This document shows, one piece after another, positions 56,617 to 64,000 of a stretch of 64,000 nucleotides of DNA; position 1 is the first letter of the stretch; each line of letters opens with the position of its first letter. Source of the stretch: Amoebidium appalachense (Eukaryota > Protista > Ichthyosporea); NCBI GenBank assembly GCA_963693365.1, contig CAVNZM010000016.1, forward strand, positions 6,989,029-7,053,028, written 5' to 3'. The notes under the pieces are model-generated. The model searched no databases. It was not told the origin of the DNA and saw only the letters and a program-made list of their open reading frames with translations. A program made the translations under genes and the position numbers.

Positions 56617-57507
56617 CAGCGTTGCGGAGGGGCGTCTGCGGAGGGGTCATTTTTTACCGCTCCGCAAAGTCACCCCTCGCGCACTTGCGGAGGGGTGCGG
56701 AGGGGTTTTCATGAACTTGCGGAGGGGTTTGACGGTTTTGCGGAGGGGTAAAAGTTAGGTTGCGGAGGGGTTTTCTTACTTTGCGGAGGGGTGGACCCCT
56801 CTGCACCCCAGAAGTTACCCCCTCCGCACACCCCCATCCACCCCTCCCCGAGTGTCAGAATTCACGAAGCAGAGGGGTTTCAAGGAAGAGTGCCGAAAAA
56901 AACGACTCTACGGAGGAGTTCAAAAACATATCAAAAGTCCACTGCAGAGGGGTGCTGCCCCCCCCCCCCCCCCCCCCCCCAGGCATTGTTCTTACGCAAA
57001 AAGGTAGATATTTTTATAATGTGTAGGAGCTAGTAGGGATAAGTGCCTGAAAAATTAGAGGTCCTACAAAATATCTTGTCGATAAGGAATGTCTATATTT
57101 TATATTTTAGGGTAATATGATTGGCGCGATTTGAGATTTAGAGCTGTAACCAACCAGTTGAAGCAAAGACAAGTTCTAAATTCAATCGTTATTGGATACA
57201 TGTCACGACAGATTGATGCCGGCATGGAATGACATACCGGCACATGTGCGGCCACGTGATTCATCACTTATTGTAGGCTGTGTTTCGCTTTCTAAATGCC
57301 TGTCGGCGTGACACACATCTATCAAGGGATTTTTAAGATTGATTGAACATTGAACGCAAAAACGCTCCGTAAAAAAAGAAAACTAACACCAAATACTTCA
57401 ATATTTGGCTGCATACTTCCGGAGATCTATGTAGATCCAGCTCGGCGGCACCACGTGTGCACGTGGCACGGCCACCGACCGGCGCCGGCTGCGCACTAGA
57501 CTACACA

Positions 57508-57552
<45 letters not shown>

Positions 57553-57836
57553 CCGAGGCACCCCTCTTCCCCTCAAAAGTTGCCCCTCCGCAGTGCAACA
57601 TTTTCGTCCCGCCCCTCTGCTCACCCCTCTGCAAGGTCTTTTTTGGCACACGCAGAGGGGTGTGCGGAGGAGTTTTATGCGGACACCCCTCCGCCCACCC
57701 CTCCGCAAAGCTATTAAAACCCCTCCGCACCCCTCCGTGAAGTCATAAAACCCCTCCGCAATGTCGTTTTTTCGGCGCGGAGGGGTGACTTTGCGGAGGG
57801 GTCAAATTCACCCCTCCGCAGACGCTCCTCCGCATA

Positions 57837-57839
<3 letters not shown>
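56617..57839. mobile_element. Non-autonomous DNA transposon with ~60-bp TIRs and subterminal GCGGAGGGG arrays
   Basis: Left TGCGGAGGGGCGTCTGCGGAGGGGTCATTTTTTACCGCTCCGCAAAGTCACCCCTC matches the right-end reverse complement TGCGGAGGAGCGTCTGCGGAGGGGTGAATTTGACCCCTCCGCAAAGTCACCCCTC. Many GCGGAGGGG/CCCCTCCGC motifs in each arm and an AT-richer core. Any TSD is hidden by flanking C tracts. Confidence 0.8.
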
Positions 57840-57882
<43 letters not shown>

Positions 57883-59215
57883 CACCCACCCACCCACCTG
57901 TCACCCACCCAACACCACCAGGTCACTAACACCGGTACCTCTTCGAGATGCACCAGTATACTATCCACCGCGGCGGCCGGCCCACATGATCGTTCACGCG
58001 CAGTGCCATGTGTGTACTTACATACATCATCATAGAGCAACTGACGGAACTCAAGAGGGAACCTTGACACATATCACGAGACAGACTTTAATAGATGTTT
58101 AGTCTGCATACATGTGCCTAAGTCAAGGTCCCCCTTAGAAGGTCTTGTAAAACCTTGCGGTCAGTGCATCATGGGCAGCTAGTGGAAGTGCCACTTGTGC
58201 TCATGCCAAATTTAGAAATACAAATCGGGTGACACTAGTCTCCAAGGCTTTGTACCCGCTGGCCTACGTAAGTGGCCGGGGCGGCCTACGACGCTGCGGG
58301 ACGTCTCCGGCGGGGCCTTCTGGCTGTAATGACCAATCAGATCGCTCAATGTAATGACCAATTGGAATGCTCTAAAGTTTTTAAGCAAATTTTCAATCTT
58401 AGTAGGTTTAAAAGCCTGGGGAGGCGGGTCATGTCTTATTAGTAATACTCACTTTTTTATTTTATTTTTTGTATAGTATCACCATGTACATATTTGAGTT
58501 TCTTGCATTGAATACGGTACCTTTCAGGTAATCAATTTCCTTTTTTTAGTAGTACTTATGTAAACCTTTAGTTTTTAGATTAGGCTACAATGTACCTTTT
58601 TTTCCCTCAGATCTCTCTTCTAGACCTTAACTGGCAATACCGCATGATATTACACTGTTGCCTAATTTGGAAACCACATCACACATCCAAATATAGCCTC
58701 CTGAAATGTTCAATCAGTTTTTAACTAATATAATAGGGTGCTCATAGTCTGATTGCATATGGCTTCTGTCTGTTGGAGTGGCTCCCCTCCTCCCCCCCCC
58801 GCCCCACATCCCCCCCCCCCCCCTCCCCCCCCTCCCTCCGGCCCCCCCCCCACACACACCCCACCCCACACCCCACCACCACCACCACCACCACCACCAC
58901 CACCGTACGTTAATAAGGAGGGATGCTTTGAACTTTAACCTCAGGTTGGTAGCTCAAATTTTTGCTGTTAGATTATGTGCAAATTCAATTAAACTGCAAA
59001 GTGGTTCAGACTTTGCCCAAGTCTGTTACATATATGTGGTTATGCCTGCCCATGCGGCTCCCATTCCAACACATACTATGTATTTGCGCCGTGGACACAG
59101 TGGCGTAGCACAGGCTAAACGTACATACACTCCCTCGTCTATTCTTGTATAAGCAAACAGAGAGAGAGAAAGCAAGCAGAGAGAGACACAAAGGGACATA
59201 GGGCATCAAAACCGG

Positions 59216-59250
<35 letters not shown>

Positions 59251-59995
59251 TTTTTCTGTGACGAGTTACGGTTTTTTTTTTGGAAAGGAGTTTTTTCGTG
59301 TGTGTCCACATGTGAAATCCATGCTGTTAAGATTGCATACATTTTGAATCCACAAATGCATAGAGATGCCGTTATGCAGTTATGCAGCGGCAGTCAATGG
59401 TGTTCCATCGTGCATCTCAAATGCACGGTCCCATTGGCAATGTTGCTTACTGCTCGAATACCGCTTCCAAAGCCTTGCATGCATATCGCAGGTTTCTGTC
59501 ATGCCATGGGTTTGTCTGTACACGAGGTCTACCACCTCCATACCTCCCATACTAACTGTCCTGTCCCCATTATCCCCCCCCCCCCCCCCCCCCCCCCCCC
59601 GCTCCCTCCCCACCACCACCACCACCACCACCCTCCCCACCCAAATAGACCCCCGGGGAGCGCCAAGTTACAAGACAGTGGTACACCAAAACGAAAAACG
59701 GAACAAATGTGGAACATGAGAAGTAGAAAAAAAAACACAACACAGCTTCGGACGTGCCACACTCGAACGTACCATTCAAGTACACCACACATACACCCGC
59801 CCCACGCATGCCGTATGGTGGGCATTGCATAACCAGTTTTCATTGGTAATATCTGGATGCACTCTACCACAAGCGACTCTAAAACAAGAAAGCCGCTCAT
59901 GTTTTTCGCGAAATTTGCATTCAACCATATATCATGTATTTAGTTTTCAAATTCTTCGTTTTAGTTTAAAAGTTTGTAGCCTATATAAAAACATA

Positions 59996-61451
59996 TTATT
60001 GTGCTACGCTCTGCCTCCTCAAGAAGCCCGGGACCAGTGAGCCCTCAGCAGCCTTCGACATGCTGTGTTTTGCCCACGACAACAACTTAGCCTCCTTCTT
60101 CGAATTCTCTGTCTCCCCTTTCCCCTCATCCCCGCTATCCGATGGGGGTGGTGGGATAGGAAGGATTGCCTGTGATATTGTCCTCGACCTCTCCCTTCCT
60201 CTCTTTTTCATTTTGCTCGGGTCAGCCTCATCCGCACTTGCCGACGTCTCCGTCTCACAACTCGACGGGCTCCCCTGGGTGTCTGCCAGCGGGGATGCGT
60301 CTCTGTTCCTCTTGAACAGTGCAATCTGCGCCGCAGTCATAGTCTGTACCCTACTTGCCCGCCTGTGCCCTTGTTCCGCAATCAGTGATTCGCGTCTGTT
60401 TGTAGCTGGGGATGAAGGTGCGGATGTGGACCCACCAGCACCCATTCCCAGACTTGCCATTGCCTTTTCAAGCACGGCAACATTCACCTGCCTGAGCGCG
60501 CTGTTCAGAATGGCGTCTCTGTGGTCGATGATGAAAGTGAGTGTCTCTGGCTGTGCTACCGTGCACCCGATGCACACCCCTACGTTTGTTGCTGTCATGA
60601 GGTTGGTGTCGCTCTTCTCCACAATGGCTGTGCACATGTCCACGACCGTTACAAGCGTGGCACGGTTGCAGGCCGGCAGGAGCTTCATGAGGATTTGGAT
60701 CTGTGTGTAGGTGGTTTACGTTAGCCCTATGCCTGTGTATGTATTGCAACTTACGCTTGAGCGTGCACAGAATTAAACATTTTCAAGAGTACGTACCAAT
60801 GTCTACGAGGACCCAACCTCGAACGAACTTCGCACAAACCGGTGTTGAATGCATGCACTGGCCAAGGCACGTGTAAACGAAATTGATGTCCACCATTGAA
60901 CGTGGCACAACAACTTTACTCCGCCCCCCCCCCCCCCCCCCCCCCCCCACACACACAAAAAAAAACAAAAAAAAACAAAAAAAAAACACGGTGCTTTCAC
61001 TGACATATCGTTATAGTATCTTGCATATGGGGGTGAGGGGGGTGTCGGGAAGAGAATTCTCAGGTGTGTGTACAGGGCGGTAAAGGGACGGGAGGGGCTG
61101 TTATCAAGCTTGGGTGTGAGTTTGTGGGCATGAGTATATGCTCGGTGAGAGAAAACGGAGGCCTGCAGCTGTGATGGTTGAGGGGAGGGGGGAGGGGGAG
61201 GGGGGGGGGGGAGAGGGGGAGCAGTTGAATGCGGAACACGGTACGAAGTACACATACACCATGAGAAGCATGGTGCAGGACACATGCAAAGGCAAACATC
61301 CAGGCATGCAACATCAGCAATTTGCACAGGATACGTCATAAGCAGAGCCCATAATGGTTGTGGGGGGGGGGGAGGAGTAATGTGCCACAAAGTACGAAGT
61401 ACACATTCACAACGAACACAATGCAAAGCGCAAATCACACATGGGGGAGGT

Positions 61452-61482
<31 letters not shown>

Positions 61483-61626
61483 ATGTTGATACAGGGCCGA
61501 AAATGCACCTTCATGACAGATAACCCAATGCAGATTATGTTAAAAAAAAAAAAAAGACCATATAAAAAGGTATGCATCATAGGTGGAGCCTATCTCCGGG
61601 GTGGCCCCAAGTCCTTTTTTTTTTTT

Positions 61627-61657
<31 letters not shown>

Positions 61658-63069
61658 GTAGGATGTTATACAGAGCACGAAATACATGCTGATGACGGAC
61701 AAAACAATGCTCAGAGACACACAGCACAAACACACACACACACACACACAAGCACACGCACGGACACACGAATGCGCACGCACACACAAACACACACCAT
61801 TACACACACACACATCCTGCTCACGCCCAAATTGTTTTCCTTTTTCTTTCCCTGGCTCCACAGAGCGCTGGGAACGGAAGCGTGTTCAACCACTAAACAT
61901 TGCGCTGCACCATCTACCAGCACACAGTAACTCTTGTCTGCCATCCTGTGAATACCTGGTGGAGAAGAGTGCTGTGCACGGCCTCGTCCTCTGTGTTTGA
62001 CTTTGCCTCGTTGTAGTCCGCAATGGCTTTTGCGTAAACCGGCGCTAGCCGCTGTGTGAGGAGGGGCTCGGGCATGCCCCGCAAGTAGCGCATGAGCGCA
62101 TTGCTGACGTCATGAATCGCTGCCTGGGGTTCGCCTGCCTCATTTTCAAGAAGCAGCTCGGCTGCAGCCATGCCGCCAGCATTGGGCTGTGCAGAGAAAC
62201 AAAATATTAGTGTATATACGGACAGGAGCACATAAAAACCCACAACCAAAAGTATTTGTTTCACCAAGGCAGGAGGTCGCCACAACCGACTTAGACTCCG
62301 GAATATCTCAAACTTATGCTTGGGGTACCTCACCTGTAAAAAGCAATTGCTGATGCCAGTAAGCAGCTCTTTTGATCGTCTGATGTTTCCGCTTTTTCGC
62401 AAAATGCCCTCCACTTCCAGACCGTGCTTCTTGATAAAGTTGGCACACAACACTACCGGTGCAGGCACCAACCCCTTTGGGTCGCTCTTCTGCGCTGCCT
62501 GCACATAAACGTTGGAGCATTAGCAATTATACGTTAGCAGGTCATTCTAGCACAAACGGCAAAACACAGAACACTACAACTAGAAGCTCAAACAGGTGCA
62601 CGCAAACAGTTTGAGCCGCGCAGGCAAAACTTGCAAGGACTCGAGCACTTTAACACTCACAACATCATCAAGTTACAAGTACATCTGCGCATAATGCGCA
62701 CACCACACACACAAATAGTCACCCACTACAATATTAACACAACTCGTTCATGCACAGAACATTCCTAAGCGGGTAGCACACCTAACATAGGTGGTGAGTT
62801 CCAAAAATCCCAAGAATCACCTTGTTGAATGTCCAAGGTAATTACTGGTAGGGCAAGCTAAGCCATGCTTGATATGAGCAGGGGGCTTCCACAAGATCTG
62901 TTTGCACCATTTTTCACATCTTTCGTGCCGGAATTGCTAAAGTTTGTTTCGGAGTAGAAGCTAACCTTACCTCGATTAAAGACAAGCCCACGAGTCCGTC
63001 AATTTCGCAGTTTGCTTGCTGTGGTGCTGCCCCGGATTGGGCTAGCATTGCTAGTGCTGCTGCATCCAT
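59996..63069 (-). CDS. RhoGAP-domain protein with a Ser-rich disordered C-terminal tail
   Basis: Exons 63069-62971, 62498-62334, 62186-61956, 60700-59996; all phase 0, GT-AG. Motifs: LVGLSLIE, VPAPVVLC, GLEVEGILRKSG (arginine finger), IHDVSNALMRYLRGMPEPLLT, LPACNRATL, NLMTATNVGVCIG. Confidence 0.93.
61227..61443 (-). repeat. Structured intronic element, copies F (61227-61352) and E (61377-61443), 3' ends only
   Basis: Minus strand reads ATGGGCTCTGCTTAT..GTGTACTTCGTAC..CGCATTC and TGATTTGC.CT.TGCA..GTGTACTTCGTACTTT..CACATT, each followed by a C-rich tract. Both lie in RhoGAP intron 3. Confidence 0.7.
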
Positions 63070-63711
63070 GTTTGCAGCGAGCGAAAAAACGAAACCCCCG
63101 TGGATCCGTGCCCGAAAGGCTTCTGCGCAGCAATTTTGCCTAAGGCTTCCAGCAAAGTGCAGTTTTGTCCTAAGGTGCCAAATTTATACACAAAGATTAC
63201 AGCAATCAAGGGTTTAGCACGTGAAGTCTAAGTGGTTTCAGCTTTTTGCTATCATAGTGCTACATCTAATAGAGGATAGCTTTCGTGTTAGTTCAGACGG
63301 ATGCGAAGTTGGGTGCTCTGTGTCTGAACTGAAATCTTCCGTGAGCTAGTGCGTAGAGAAAAACTTTGCAATTGGGCAAGCCTTCCTAATATATTAAACT
63401 CGAGCAAAGGAGCAGCGTTCTGCTTCTGACACTCTGTTTGATCGTGCTTTTGGTTTGTTCAATAATATTGGAGAAGATCTCGAAGGATTAGCCTACGACC
63501 ATGTGGAGTGCGCAACTACAGAGGTGCCACTTCGTTCTTTTTTGCTTCACGTTGACGTTCATATAAGACCCTGAAATACGAAGGGAAAAAACTCGTAATT
63601 CTGAAAACTGTATGTAGCAAATGGAACGGTGGTTCACAGAATAGCCGAGGACAGCTCAGGACAGCTCGTGGAGTCGTGGTACAAGAAGAAAATCTCCTGC
63701 CCTCCTTTCAA

Positions 63712-63848
63712 AAGCCAATCGGAATATTAATAACTGCAAGTACAAGCCAATCCAATTGGGCTTACCTATTGGAGCAATGGGTTTAGACCAATCAAATACC
63801 TCTATCTATTTTTTCATGAGGCGCACGGTGCGGGCTGATCCAATCGGG
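63712..63848. promoter_or_regulatory. CCAAT-box cluster upstream of the RhoGAP, possibly bidirectional
   Basis: About seven CCAAT/ATTGG motifs in 135 bp, in both orientations. Confidence 0.45.
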
Positions 63849-64000
63849 GCTGTCTTCAAGTCCAGACTTCAAGCCTTGCGCGTTCAGGGCTAGAAACAAC
63901 ATGGAAGACGTCGCCTAATTTTTCTCATAATCTTCCCTTATAAAGTGCCTCGATCTCACATTCTAAATGTGATGGGAATACATAACAAAAGAAATTTCCA

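Noticed and set aside
60060-60710. 216-aa plus-strand ORF
   Set aside because: Antisense shadow of RhoGAP exon 4.

Overview
Eukaryotic, intron-rich genomic DNA saturated with (CA/GT)n and poly-C/G tracts. Branch points are strong (CTAAC/TACTAAC). The gene content suggests a unicellular opisthokont such as an ichthyosporean or early fungus, which is an inference only. Nearly all ORFs in the supplied track are microsatellite noise. Splicing by hand gave: a secreted Cys-rich protein (partial), a 7-exon lipoxygenase with unusual active-site residues, an 8-exon class C GPCR whose ectodomain is a bacterial sugar-ABC-type solute-binding protein, an intronless frameshifted BTB/KCTD gene, a 7-exon spherulin-4/GH135 gene, a 7-exon mitochondrial-type rhodanese and a 4-exon RhoGAP. 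Mobile DNA includes three copies of a non-LTR retrotransposon with a conserved tail beyond its A-tract and several MITEs. The best candidate for something new is a six-copy element that always lies sense inside introns; its longer copies share a covarying hairpin plus pseudoknot RNA structure. Several introns also carry minisatellites built from their own splice signals, or have complementary G/T-rich and C/A-rich halves.
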